Shown piece by piece: positions 27,034 to 36,482 of a stretch of DNA of 64,000 nucleotides. Each line of letters begins with the position of its first letter. The first letter of the stretch is position 1. Below the pieces are notes generated by a model. That model was not told the origin of the DNA. It did no database searches and was given only the letters and a program-made list of their open reading frames with translations. The stretch is taken from sequence record LC727695.1; one strand, written 5' to 3'. Position numbers and translations under genes: made by a program.

Positions 27034-27363
27034 TCACATATATTTCAAATGTTTGCCAATTGGTCTGTTAGGGTTATACATATAACCACGACCTGCTGCT
27101 GCCCTAATTACTAATTTCTGCATATCTGTTAATTTTCTATAATTATCACCAATTAATTTAAGTATAATACTTTCTATAGAATCATTAGTTAATTCAGAAG
27201 GATCTGTTACTTTGAAATAATTATATACTAATTCTCTTTTAACTAGAAAATCAACTCTTCGTTTTTCTTTAATTCGTTTATAACGTTGCGATACATGGAT
27301 AAATGAAAATAAAACAACTATCCAGAATAAGGTCAAAAGTAGGTACTCATCAACTACATTCAT
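27034..27363 (-). CDS. membrane-anchored protein
   Basis: N-terminal TM followed by a basic patch. Confidence 0.7.
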   Translation of the reverse strand: MNVVDEYLLLTLFWIVVLFSFIHVSQRYKRIKEKRRVDFLVKRELVYNYFKVTDPSELTNDSIESIILKLIGDNYRKLTDMQKLVIRAAAGRGYMYNPNRPIGKHLKYM

Positions 27364-27365
27364 TT

Positions 27366-27689
27366 TTAATCCCTATCTTTTTTTTTCAAATTATCTTGTA
27401 ACTCAACTAGTGTTCTGTTTAATAAACTAATTTGTTTCTGTTGTTCACATACAAGTTCACTTAACGTATTAATCTGTGCCTGTAGTTCTTTAGTATTAGT
27501 ATCAATAACATCAAGAATATATTCTTTATTTTTCTTAGGCATTCTTTGCTTCCTCAACGTTAATTCACCAAACGGCAGAAAAGATGACTGGGCAGCCAAC
27601 ACTCTTTTAGAATGTCTTTTGCCCAGTCTTTTAAATGTCTTACGAAGTTTAATTGGTATAAGCATTAAATAATATCTCTTGATGCCCAT
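27366..27689 (-). CDS. basic coiled-coil protein
   Basis: K/R-rich N-terminus, heptad-like C-terminus. Confidence 0.6.
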   Translation of the reverse strand: MGIKRYYLMLIPIKLRKTFKRLGKRHSKRVLAAQSSFLPFGELTLRKQRMPKKNKEYILDVIDTNTKELQAQINTLSELVCEQQKQISLLNRTLVELQDNLKKKDRD

Positions 27690-28099
27690 GTACCATCTAC
27701 AGAGTCATTTACAAATGGTGCACGGTCACCAGGTATTACTTGAGCCCATAAATCCACTTCAAGTAATATCCGACGACATGCATAAAAAGGCTCTACTTCT
27801 ACCCTGTATGAATTATCTTTAGGATCAATATACACAGTAGCAACTAGCTTAGGCTGGGCTCTTCGCCATTTATCCCATACTTTAAGAATTACTTCGCCTT
27901 CCATTCTGGCTATACGTGGAGTTATCTTTACCTCACTAATGATTAGCCCATCTGGACCTACCACTCGTTTAGGGGATAGCCATTTATGATAACCAATATC
28001 ATTAATCCCATTCTTTGAAAATACCGAGTCTTCAAGATATCCTCTCACACCAGGGTATAACGGAACCATTGTAAGCATATGACACCTATAGTGATCCAT
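27665..28099 (-). CDS. hypothetical protein
   Basis: 144-aa ORF. Confidence 0.65.
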   Translation of the reverse strand: MDHYRCHMLTMVPLYPGVRGYLEDSVFSKNGINDIGYHKWLSPKRVVGPDGLIISEVKITPRIARMEGEVILKVWDKWRRAQPKLVATVYIDPKDNSYRVEVEPFYACRRILLEVDLWAQVIPGDRAPFVNDSVDGTWASRDII

Positions 28100-28484
28100 T
28101 GGATGCCCATAAAACTGAATAAGGATTTTGAGTTAATTGGAATCTAATTGCAAAGTTTTCGATTTCCCAAAAACGATCAGTCTTATTCCACTCTAATTCC
28201 TTTTTCGCCAGATCAACATTAATTGTTGATATAATACGATTACGCTCTTCTTCAAATACAGTAAACCTGACGATTGCTGGAAATAAGCAATCTCTTTCTT
28301 TATAAAAGTTTAGAGTATTCTTATCGATATAACCTGGTCCTGGAATAATTTCAAGGATATTAAAATCAGTCCATCCTAAGTCTGGTGTACCTAGATCAGG
28401 TAAATGTTTTAAAACCCCATTGCGTATAAAGGGTTTTCCATATTCTAGTGTGACCTCATGAAAAGAAGAACCATAGATTTTCAT
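28086..28484 (-). CDS. hypothetical protein
   Basis: 132-aa ORF. Confidence 0.7.
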   Translation of the reverse strand: MKIYGSSFHEVTLEYGKPFIRNGVLKHLPDLGTPDLGWTDFNILEIIPGPGYIDKNTLNFYKERDCLFPAIVRFTVFEEERNRIISTINVDLAKKELEWNKTDRFWEIENFAIRFQLTQNPYSVLWASNGSL

Positions 28485-28644
28485 ACAACCACCGTGCGTT
28501 TTAATTCATAGGGTTAGTATGTTTAGTACCGTTTGAATTTTATTTCATTACAGATGATCGCTTTGTTATATTTGGTGTTTGAATATTTTAGACTAGTTTC
28601 AATAAATGCTTTCTTTTTCATATATACACTTACGCAAAATAAAT

Positions 28645-28667
28645 AGGGACTCTCATTAAGAGTCCCT
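28645..28667 (-). terminator. intrinsic terminator
   Basis: AGGGACTCT-N5-AGAGTCCCT. Confidence 0.85.
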
Positions 28668-28672
28668 TAATA

Positions 28673-29005
28673 TTAAACGAATAATAACTCCAGTACTAAT
28701 ACTGGAAATTTATGCCGATATTGTGGATGTACATACGTATGAAATTTATGTGTGCCTAAATGGAATTCAACGTACAGTACAATAAAATCTTTAGCTACAT
28801 TTCGATCATGTACGTAAATAGTGAGTATTTCACCATCATCATCTTTCTTACGTCCATAATCAAAATAGTAATTTTTGTTATCAGCTATCCCTTCAGCATT
28901 TAATTGAATGCCCCTTACATCAACAACATTTAAACTAGAATCTTCATTAAATAAAGATCTAGTGCTACCATGGTAAACCATTAATGGATCTAATTGAATC
29001 TGCAT
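28673..29005 (-). CDS. hypothetical protein
   Basis: 110-aa ORF, GAGGA SD. Confidence 0.7.
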   Translation of the reverse strand: MQIQLDPLMVYHGSTRSLFNEDSSLNVVDVRGIQLNAEGIADNKNYYFDYGRKKDDDGEILTIYVHDRNVAKDFIVLYVEFHLGTHKFHTYVHPQYRHKFPVLVLELLFV

Positions 29006-29073
29006 GTGTTAGTCCTCTACTATGTAGTGAGGCACATGCCTCACTTATATTGTTTTAATTTTCATATTAATGA

Positions 29074-29421
29074 TCAATTAAAGTTAACAGTGCTATAAGC
29101 TTTGCCTAAAGCTGTAAATAGTTCTTCATTAAGTTCATCAAATTCTAACCAACCATTCATTTCACCTAAGATAGTTTTAACAATCGTAAGATTAACAATC
29201 TCAGAGCTAGGAATGATATCTCGAATTCGCTCATGGAAATTAACTACTTGTTGAATACTTACTTTAGTATCATTGACTGAGATATCATCATCAGTTAACT
29301 TATTAATAGCCATCATCGCTATACGTGAGAATAGATCAGTATGTTCTTCCTTAACAATTTCCCATGCTGCATTAAAGGAGTCAAGAACATCTAGATCATC
29401 AGAATTTAGTTGCTTTTGCAT
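29074..29421 (-). CDS. acidic hypothetical protein
   Basis: 115-aa ORF, GAGG SD. Confidence 0.7.
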   Translation of the reverse strand: MQKQLNSDDLDVLDSFNAAWEIVKEEHTDLFSRIAMMAINKLTDDDISVNDTKVSIQQVVNFHERIRDIIPSSEIVNLTIVKTILGEMNGWLEFDELNEELFTALGKAYSTVNFN

Positions 29422-29523
29422 TTTAACCTCTTAAACATTATAACACATATACCCCACAACATAAGTCATGGAGTATATGCCTCGAAAGGTACGTAATAGA
29501 AATACTACTACATAGTATTGTAT

Positions 29524-29994
29524 TTACTCATTAATAACAGATACTTTGTTATTCTCAGCTTTATTTTTAGCCGATAGGGCTAAATAGAGACAACTATACC
29601 AAGTGAAGTAGTCTCTTGGGAAATAACCCTTTAAAAAAGTAGCCATATTTTTAGCACACGCTTTATTAATATTCTTATTAATGATTTTCCTCTCATTCAT
29701 TATTTTACAAGCTAACAATGAATAATGTAGTTGATTATTAGTACTTAGGTCTTCAAGGAATAGTTCTTTCACTGCTTGTGGCTTAGAACTTAGACACATT
29801 ATAATTTCTTGAACAATATAGTCATTCGTCACTGAATGAATGAGTTCAAGATAGAGTGAAAGATTAATCGAATACAGATCTTGTTTATTATTGAAAATGT
29901 ATCCATTTCTATCTAATGTAACTAATTTCTTATATGTGGGAGACATCTTTTCATTAACTATTTTATAAAAAAGACTAATCACTAATTTAATCAT
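29524..29994 (-). CDS. hypothetical protein
   Basis: 156-aa ORF. Confidence 0.65.
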   Translation of the reverse strand: MIKLVISLFYKIVNEKMSPTYKKLVTLDRNGYIFNNKQDLYSINLSLYLELIHSVTNDYIVQEIIMCLSSKPQAVKELFLEDLSTNNQLHYSLLACKIMNERKIINKNINKACAKNMATFLKGYFPRDYFTWYSCLYLALSAKNKAENNKVSVINE

Positions 29995-31124
29995 TTTAAT
30001 AAACTTCCATCTACTCTATAAAAACCATGGACATCACGTTTACCATTTAGACTAGGTATCTCATATGGATCAGTTGATGGATTTATCAGTTTGATTTTGC
30101 ATTTATCTAAACGATCACGCAAGCTGATATTACCAGATAATGTTAAACCACGATACTGAATATCGATATTATCTAAATCAACAATGAGCGTACTAAGCTC
30201 CCCATTTGTTAAGTATGGTACCACAACCGAGTCAATTACTTTTGCAATTGTCTTAGCTTCAATATGTATCCAGTTTTCAATATGATTAGCAATCTCTGGA
30301 AACTTATCTAGATCTAATATGATACTATAGTCACACCTAATTTTGATAATTCCATTACTTGACCAATAATGCATTGCACTATTTATACCACCTAAATGAT
30401 TCTCCATAGGTGTGAACTTTAGCCGTCCATTGAAATCTATAAGCACTTTTGAGTTATTACATGTATCAACTATTCTTGACTGATACATAAACATATTAAG
30501 TAGTTTTCTATTGATGGCCACAGTTGTACCATTAGTTAGTTCAACTACGACGATATCACCATCTGCTTCATAAGACTCTACAATTAGAGTTATTGGGTTA
30601 CTATCAAATTTGGAATTATCAGATAACCCATCCATCACAATCTTGTAATTACTATTAACTGATTTAACTTGATCTATTAAAGATGGATCAATGAAATCCT
30701 TAGTGAGTGATTTTGATGTGAAAATTACAGCCACATTTAGATCACTATTGATTGGTGTATTTAAAGGTAAGTATTGTTCATTAGAAAAATAGAATAATTT
30801 AAGATCTTCTATATCAGTTAGATTAATAATATCTAATGAATTATTAGTTACTTTATACATGAATGAATCAAAATTTTGTTCAACAAAATAAATCATCCAT
30901 GTCTTAGTTTCTTTGGTATAATAACCCCATGCTAAACTTCGATCATGTAATTTACCAGATAGCATTCCTGTGAAGTAACCTGACAAAATATCAATTTTAT
31001 CAACATCTACATTTTCTCTGATGTATTTATCATTTAGATCAGCTATCTTTTGTTCTAATGTATCTACCTTTTTTGGTTTGTTAAAACTATCAATAACATT
31101 TTTTAAGTACTTAAACATAATCAT
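29991..31124 (-). CDS. hypothetical protein (377 aa, AT-rich)
   Basis: long ORF, AGGT SD. Confidence 0.75.
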   Translation of the reverse strand: MIMFKYLKNVIDSFNKPKKVDTLEQKIADLNDKYIRENVDVDKIDILSGYFTGMLSGKLHDRSLAWGYYTKETKTWMIYFVEQNFDSFMYKVTNNSLDIINLTDIEDLKLFYFSNEQYLPLNTPINSDLNVAVIFTSKSLTKDFIDPSLIDQVKSVNSNYKIVMDGLSDNSKFDSNPITLIVESYEADGDIVVVELTNGTTVAINRKLLNMFMYQSRIVDTCNNSKVLIDFNGRLKFTPMENHLGGINSAMHYWSSNGIIKIRCDYSIILDLDKFPEIANHIENWIHIEAKTIAKVIDSVVVPYLTNGELSTLIVDLDNIDIQYRGLTLSGNISLRDRLDKCKIKLINPSTDPYEIPSLNGKRDVHGFYRVDGSLLK

Positions 31125-31155
31125 AAATTACCTTTTGAGTATAAACACGGAATAA

Positions 31156-31175
31156 AAGCGGTGTACACACCGCTT
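31156..31175 (-). terminator. intrinsic terminator
   Basis: AAGCGGTG-N4-CACCGCTT. Confidence 0.75.
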
Positions 31176-31473
31176 ATTGTTCAAATTTGATTTTGATATA
31201 TCCACCACCAACATTAGGCTGCTTAGGTCTTAGCCATCCTAGATTAAGATCCATATTCAAAACAAACGTATACGCTGTTACTCCATTTTCATCATCAACA
31301 CTAATGGAGTGCCATCCATCATGATTTTGATCTTTAAGAGAATGGATTTTGGGATATAGTTGATTATGATTCAAATCAAATACTGTAACATCTCCAATTG
31401 ATCTAATTGGATAACCGCGAGATCCTAAATGATGGGCTCCTCTGCGGTCCAGTGAAATAATAGCTTCGTTCAC
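31174..31473 (-). CDS. hypothetical protein
   Basis: 99-aa ORF, GTG start, GAGGT SD. Confidence 0.65.
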   Translation of the reverse strand: MNEAIISLDRRGAHHLGSRGYPIRSIGDVTVFDLNHNQLYPKIHSLKDQNHDGWHSISVDDENGVTAYTFVLNMDLNLGWLRPKQPNVGGGYIKIKFEQ

Positions 31474-31517
31474 GATAATTACCTCATGTAGATGTTTCCA
31501 TTAGTATATGCTAATCT

Positions 31518-31547
31518 ATAATGTAGATCTCAAATAAAATTTAGTGC
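31518..31547 (-). promoter_or_regulatory. variant early promoter (subtype A)
   Basis: upstream element identical to the 16362 copy; core diverged. Confidence 0.5.
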
Positions 31548-31571
31548 AATAGCCCTCCCCGAAGGGAGGGC
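31527..31571. repeat. 45-bp direct repeat, copy 2
   Basis: identical to 16362-16406; contains a UUCG terminator at 31552-31571. Confidence 0.9.
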
Positions 31572-31583
31572 TTTATGACAACA

Positions 31584-31814
31584 TTACCGCTTACTCATTA
31601 TCGCAACTAGTTCAACTTTAAATAATGCTTCTTCGACTTTACGAGAAATAGCATTTATTTGAACACGTTTATTATTTTCACGATCTAATGCAATTGTATT
31701 TTTTCGTGTACAATAATCGTGTAAACCCAGTTGTCGCCTAACATAGAAAATAACAATTAATTTCAAAACACGAATATATCTCATAACGCGCTTGAACATT
31801 TTATAAATCCTCAA
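31584..31814 (-). CDS. basic hypothetical protein
   Basis: 76-aa ORF. Confidence 0.6.
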   Translation of the reverse strand: MRIYKMFKRVMRYIRVLKLIVIFYVRRQLGLHDYCTRKNTIALDRENNKRVQINAISRKVEEALFKVELVAIMSKR

Positions 31815-31818
31815 TAAT

Positions 31819-32010
31819 TTAAGGAATTGCTTTTAAAGCTTCTTCGCGTTCAGCTAAAAGCTTATCATATTGTATTTGTAATCGGTTAATTTCCGCACGA
31901 GTTAATTTTGTCTTAGCATTAGGTTTCAACTTATGGTTAATATCAACGGTAATACCATGGTACCTAAATAGAGCTTCCATTTTGGCTATTTTCTTTTCAA
32001 TATCATCCAT
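31819..32010 (-). CDS. hypothetical protein
   Basis: 63-aa ORF. Confidence 0.6.
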   Translation of the reverse strand: MDDIEKKIAKMEALFRYHGITVDINHKLKPNAKTKLTRAEINRLQIQYDKLLAEREEALKAIP

Positions 32011-32041
32011 AGCTAAAATCCAAAAAAAATAATAATGACTA

Positions 32042-32061
32042 AGGGGACCAGAAGGTCCCCT
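32042..32061 (-). terminator. intrinsic terminator
   Basis: AGGGGACC-N4-GGTCCCCT. Confidence 0.85.
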
Positions 32062-32067
32062 ATATCG

Positions 32068-32544
32068 TTAGGCAGTAATAGCGCGGCGGAAGACTGAATC
32101 AAACTCTTCCTGGTATGCTTTAATCAGCTTTGCAGTTTCTTCACAAATGGTATTATTACCATAAAATGCATCTGCAAAAGATTCTTGCTTACGTACTTCA
32201 CAACCGAATAGCTCAAGACCATTTTTTGCTAGCTCAACTTTGAACTTAGCTAATTCGGTCATACCAATTGGTTTGGCCCGCCCTTCTTCGATACCATTTT
32301 CTTTTAGTTTAATATTATCACATACACTGCAATGACGAACATCTTTTTGTTTGTTCTTACGGAAGTTAGGACTTGATTTAGTTTGTTTTGCAGCAATGTC
32401 CATAAAGGTTTCCCTAGAATTTTTACGAACCGCAGCTTCATGATTCTTTTTAGCTCGATTTTTCTGTTTCTTCTGAACCGGCTTCGGCTGTACACCCAGC
32501 ATTGAACCAAGTTCACTCCAGGAAGAAATAGTATTGCGTGACAT
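32068..32544 (-). CDS. basic Cys-containing early protein, monocistronic
   Basis: K/R-rich, CSVC; GGAG SD; own promoter and terminator. Confidence 0.75.
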   Translation of the reverse strand: MSRNTISSWSELGSMLGVQPKPVQKKQKNRAKKNHEAAVRKNSRETFMDIAAKQTKSSPNFRKNKQKDVRHCSVCDNIKLKENGIEEGRAKPIGMTELAKFKVELAKNGLELFGCEVRKQESFADAFYGNNTICEETAKLIKAYQEEFDSVFRRAITA

Positions 32545-32573
32545 GTATTAGAATCTCCTATATATGTTGATTA

Positions 32574-32611
32574 TATCACATTTGTGATATACTGTTTAAA
32601 ATGCTTTAAAT
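32574..32611 (-). promoter_or_regulatory. early promoter (subtype B, TATATCAC core)
   Basis: 37/38 identical to 6923-6960. Confidence 0.75.
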
Positions 32612-32634
32612 GTATAAACCACTATGTTGGTCAA

Positions 32635-32871
32635 TCATAGATAGAATGGTTCATGAATAACAACCCGATAACGAGTGTTATATTGGTTAATTGGAAACAT
32701 ATGAACAATCTTAAAATGCAGTTCAGCAACCAAATTAAAGAATTCAGCATGCATGTTATCAGTTGAAATATCAAATGAGATTGTATCATTAACTGCACAA
32801 AGTTCTGAATCAGATGCCTTTGTAATTTCAGTTAGCCGACTGACAAACTTTTCTTGGTTAGGACTAAGCAT
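32635..32871 (-). CDS. hypothetical protein
   Basis: 78-aa ORF downstream of dcd. Confidence 0.65.
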   Translation of the reverse strand: MLSPNQEKFVSRLTEITKASDSELCAVNDTISFDISTDNMHAEFFNLVAELHFKIVHMFPINQYNTRYRVVIHEPFYL

Positions 32872-32873
32872 TA

Positions 32874-33443
32874 TTAAAGTCTCGCTGTTGTGATACCAAT
32901 TTGATTTTGATATTTACCATTACGTTTTGCATAACTAACTTCACATGGGGCATCACCTCTAAAGAACATAAACTGAGCAATACCCATATCAGCATAAATT
33001 TTTAGAGGTAGTGTAGTGCAGTTTGCAATCTCAATAACGACTTGTCCTTTGAAACCTGGTTCAATAGGAGTGACATTAACAATTGCACCTAGTCGTGCAT
33101 AGGTTGATTTACCTGTGCAAATAGCTAGGACATCATCTGGAATATTAAACGATTCTACAGTATGACCAAGAATATAACTGTTAGGTGGAATAATACAATA
33201 ATCACCAGTCCAATCTACTAAGAATCCATCACTAGGGTCTAATGGGTCAATAACTGCACTTGTTACATTAGAAAAGATCTTAAAATTACGGGCTAGCCTT
33301 ACATCGTACCCATATGAACTAAGCCCATAACTAATAATCTTTTTACCATCTTTTTCACGGACCTGGTGACCAATGAAATCCGTAATCATTGGTTCACGAC
33401 CTTTAGATAAGTCAGTGATTGTTTTATCAGATAGAATAGCCAT
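32874..33443 (-). CDS. dcd: dCTP deaminase
   Basis: ISYGLSSYGYDVRL, GKSTYARLG, TPIEPGF.GQ, QF.F, Y.G.YQ.Q.G. Confidence 0.97.
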   Translation of the reverse strand: MAILSDKTITDLSKGREPMITDFIGHQVREKDGKKIISYGLSSYGYDVRLARNFKIFSNVTSAVIDPLDPSDGFLVDWTGDYCIIPPNSYILGHTVESFNIPDDVLAICTGKSTYARLGAIVNVTPIEPGFKGQVVIEIANCTTLPLKIYADMGIAQFMFFRGDAPCEVSYAKRNGKYQNQIGITTARL

Positions 33444-33466
33444 TTTTAACTTTTCCTGTTAAGTAA

Positions 33467-34015
33467 TCATCCCCAGAATCGGGCGATGAAGTGAACACAC
33501 TCCATCTTTTTAGTTTCTTCCAGGAACTTGAAATAACCATCATCCACACCATTGCTCAAAAATAGCTGGCGATAGGTTTTTTCCGAAATGACTTCACCAT
33601 TAACATCTTGATCGAACATCGTTGGCTTCTGATCATAATCGAAGTTCCAGAGGTCTTCCATATTGAAGATCATTGTAAGTGGGTACCAACCATCTTCACT
33701 ATAATAGGCGTACGGTGTTAGATTGTCCTGTTTGGAATTGACAATTTGTGAAAGGCGACCTTCAAAGTTGTTCCATACTGGATGCGAGTCATCACTGACG
33801 AGTGTACCAAATCCACAGCCTTTAAGAGTCGGTCGACAGAATCGGTTGGTATACTCATTATTATCGGTTAACCAATCCCAAAGATAATAGCAACGGCTAA
33901 AGTTAAGAGCCTCGCATGTATGCATGTCAATGAATTTAAGTACACGTGCACCATCTGAAGAACGTGTGGAACGTTTGGTAACTACAGGGAAAACATCAAT
34001 ACCCATTTTAATCAT
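33467..34015 (-). CDS. conserved phage hypothetical protein
   Basis: MG.D...R.Y.L..WL pattern; loosely like 38340-39050. Confidence 0.7.
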   Translation of the reverse strand: MIKMGIDVFPVVTKRSTRSSDGARVLKFIDMHTCEALNFSRCYYLWDWLTDNNEYTNRFCRPTLKGCGFGTLVSDDSHPVWNNFEGRLSQIVNSKQDNLTPYAYYSEDGWYPLTMIFNMEDLWNFDYDQKPTMFDQDVNGEVISEKTYRQLFLSNGVDDGYFKFLEETKKMECVHFIARFWG

Positions 34016-34019
34016 CCAT

Positions 34020-34364
34020 TTAACAGAATTTTTCTTGACCAGGGATTTTACCGTCCATAACCTCTAGTACCCAACGACCAGTCATCAACTCACGTGCAAC
34101 CTCACATGCCACCCCGCCAATCTTCTCAGCTACTTTGTCCAGCAGAATTGGATGATAGTTGTGATCACCCATTACTGAGAACTTGCTTTCCCGTTCTATT
34201 TCAGCAAGTAAATCAGTGTCAACCCATTCAACACGCCCATCTGGATAGACAATATTAAGACCATACCACTTACAATAGTTTTCGATGGTTACAACTGGAA
34301 TGTCATAAACACCTTTAAAACACAGCGGTAACTTACGATCTGAGTAATGAATACGTTCAGTCAT
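34020..34364 (-). CDS. hypothetical protein
   Basis: 114-aa ORF. Confidence 0.7.
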   Translation of the reverse strand: MTERIHYSDRKLPLCFKGVYDIPVVTIENYCKWYGLNIVYPDGRVEWVDTDLLAEIERESKFSVMGDHNYHPILLDKVAEKIGGVACEVARELMTGRWVLEVMDGKIPGQEKFC

Positions 34365-34780
34365 TTGCCATTCACCAATTCAAAATAATTTTTTAGTAGA
34401 TCTTCAGTTATTGGACGAGTATGTTCTTTAATCGATAATTCCTTACTGTCCATTTCAATTTCATATTCAGAAATTTGAAATTGCTTATGTGGCACTGAAC
34501 CATCTAACATAATGATCACATCTGCTAAGACTTGATCCACTGCACATTGCAACAAATTATTAACTTGTTGATTATCAGTAAGTGAGTAATCATTGATGGC
34601 TTTATTACGAATGTCATATAGCCTTTTACTTAAAGGAGTATTACGTTCAATATGTTCTGTTCGCCACTCTTCTAAAATCTGTTCTGTACTTAGTTTGGAT
34701 AATGACGATCCGCCAAGTTTCTTCCTAACTTCATTTTCTGAAAATGGTTTATCATGCCAGAATTGATGATCTTGTTTCAT
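34361..34780 (-). CDS. hypothetical protein
   Basis: IRNKAIN...VDQV...MLDG resembles 7451-7825. Confidence 0.7.
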   Translation of the reverse strand: MKQDHQFWHDKPFSENEVRKKLGGSSLSKLSTEQILEEWRTEHIERNTPLSKRLYDIRNKAINDYSLTDNQQVNNLLQCAVDQVLADVIIMLDGSVPHKQFQISEYEIEMDSKELSIKEHTRPITEDLLKNYFELVNGK

Positions 34781-34792
34781 AGTAAATCCTTT

Positions 34793-35050
34793 TTATAATT
34801 TAGAAATAGGTTTTAATACCGTATCTTTTTCATTGAATGGATTATAAACTTTATGCGGATTAATCATCTTTAGTTGCTCATTCTTTCTTTCTAAATAAGC
34901 ATCTGATGGTTTAATTGTTTTAGTTTTCCAAAAGTCATCGATTGGTTTTAACTTATCCATTTCTGACTGTTCGTTATCAAAAGGAGTTTCCCGATTTCTT
35001 AGTCGGGTCGAATTGAATAGGAGTCGTAAACTCCCGTCGTAATTCCTCAT
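34793..35050 (-). CDS. hypothetical protein (start uncertain)
   Basis: 85-aa ORF; a 54-aa ORF in another frame overlaps its 5' part. Confidence 0.5.
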   Translation of the reverse strand: MRNYDGSLRLLFNSTRLRNRETPFDNEQSEMDKLKPIDDFWKTKTIKPSDAYLERKNEQLKMINPHKVYNPFNEKDTVLKPISKL

Positions 35051-35166
35051 CTAAATTCTTCTCTTGAATTAATTTAGGAAAATGTTTTCTAACTGTTTTA
35101 ATTGAAGCTATTAAATTGGAATAGGCTTTTTCTATGGACATTTTTATAACTCAAAATACATTATAA

Positions 35167-35190
35167 AGACAGTGGCTAAAACCACTGTCT
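35167..35190 (-). terminator. intrinsic terminator
   Basis: AGACAGTGG-N6-CCACTGTCT plus U-tract. Confidence 0.75.
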
Positions 35191-35312
35191 AATTATTTCC
35201 CATAATGATCCACCTATAACTGCACTTAGAAAAAGCATCTTGAATATGGGTGGTTCTTCTTGTTCATGTTGTATGTCTGATTTATTATTTTCGCTAGTCA
35301 TTTTCTTTTACT

Positions 35313-35645
35313 CTAATACCCACCATATTCTCTAATTTTCTCACCATCCCAAAACTCATAACCAGTCATATTGTGATTAAATGGCTTTGTTTTAGTAAAC
35401 CCACTACGATAAATCCAGAAATGACCAGTGCCTCTTTTTAAGCGGCACTTATACATTGCTTTTTTCTCATATTCCGTGGGAGGGCTAATTTCTAGAACTT
35501 CAAGTTCATCACCCCGTATACAGAATAGCGCTGGTGGATGCTCACAGGATGCTTTCATACCGAGAACACCTGTTGACCAAACTGTATCACCTGGCTTAAT
35601 AACAGTGATGTCATTTGATACAGGTATTACAGGAATTGCACACAT
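35313..35645 (-). CDS. SH3-like beta-barrel protein
   Basis: IKPGDTVW...CIRGDELEVLEI; start moved to ATG with GGAG SD. Confidence 0.6.
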   Translation of the reverse strand: MCAIPVIPVSNDITVIKPGDTVWSTGVLGMKASCEHPPALFCIRGDELEVLEISPPTEYEKKAMYKCRLKRGTGHFWIYRSGFTKTKPFNHNMTGYEFWDGEKIREYGGY

Positions 35646-35772
35646 ATTAGATGCTCCAGAGTAATTACCTCCAAAGAGCAAACACTGATATATTCATAGT
35701 CTGCTCTTTAGTAATATTTAAGAAGTTGGAATACTCATACTGGAGATAAACTAATGTCCATTTATACTAATC

Positions 35773-36375
35773 TCATTGTGTATAATAATTCTTTTTGAGA
35801 TTATCCATATCGTAAGAATCATGTTTGAACTCAAACTTCTTAGCTATCTCACTCGAAAAAGCTTGTTTACGTTTTTCTTCTTGTTCACGGATATCGTAAG
35901 GACCATTCTCTTTAACAAGATATTTTTTATACGGCCCAGTTCCTTGGATATATCCATCAGGAATAATGGTTGTGAGATATTTAGCCTCTACCAACCGGAT
36001 GCACCGTCCATAACCAACTTCATTGGCATGACGAACTTGGATTAGTTGTCTATTCTTGGCAATACGTTCAGATATGCATGGGAAGTAAACCGGATCATCT
36101 CCTTTTTTACAGTTACCCATATCAACCTTTGCGTACAGAATTTTTCTATGATTGGCTTCGAAGAAAGTCCGAGCTTCACGAATACGTTGGGACCGAATAG
36201 CTTCCTTAGTTCTGACATTCTTTAGATGTGCAGGTTGTAAAAAAGGATTCATCTTTCGCACGTGACGTTGGATAAGTTTTGTCGTGTAATGAGGTGAATC
36301 ATTAGCCATAGCCAGTAGGCTATTGTACATCTCAATCGACATGATTACTTGCTGCGGGTCATTATTGCGCTGCAT
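35773..36375 (-). CDS. basic hypothetical protein, paralog of 10984-11367
   Basis: shared N-terminal ~80 aa; GGAG SD. Confidence 0.75.
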   Translation of the reverse strand: MQRNNDPQQVIMSIEMYNSLLAMANDSPHYTTKLIQRHVRKMNPFLQPAHLKNVRTKEAIRSQRIREARTFFEANHRKILYAKVDMGNCKKGDDPVYFPCISERIAKNRQLIQVRHANEVGYGRCIRLVEAKYLTTIIPDGYIQGTGPYKKYLVKENGPYDIREQEEKRKQAFSSEIAKKFEFKHDSYDMDNLKKNYYTQ

Positions 36376-36482
36376 GCTGATCTCCGTATGTGAAATAATG
36401 CTTTACTTTAAGGTCATCAGGATTATAAACAACACGTTGGAATTCATGTTTCTTCGCTAGTTTAAAAGCAGCTTACTTTTCC

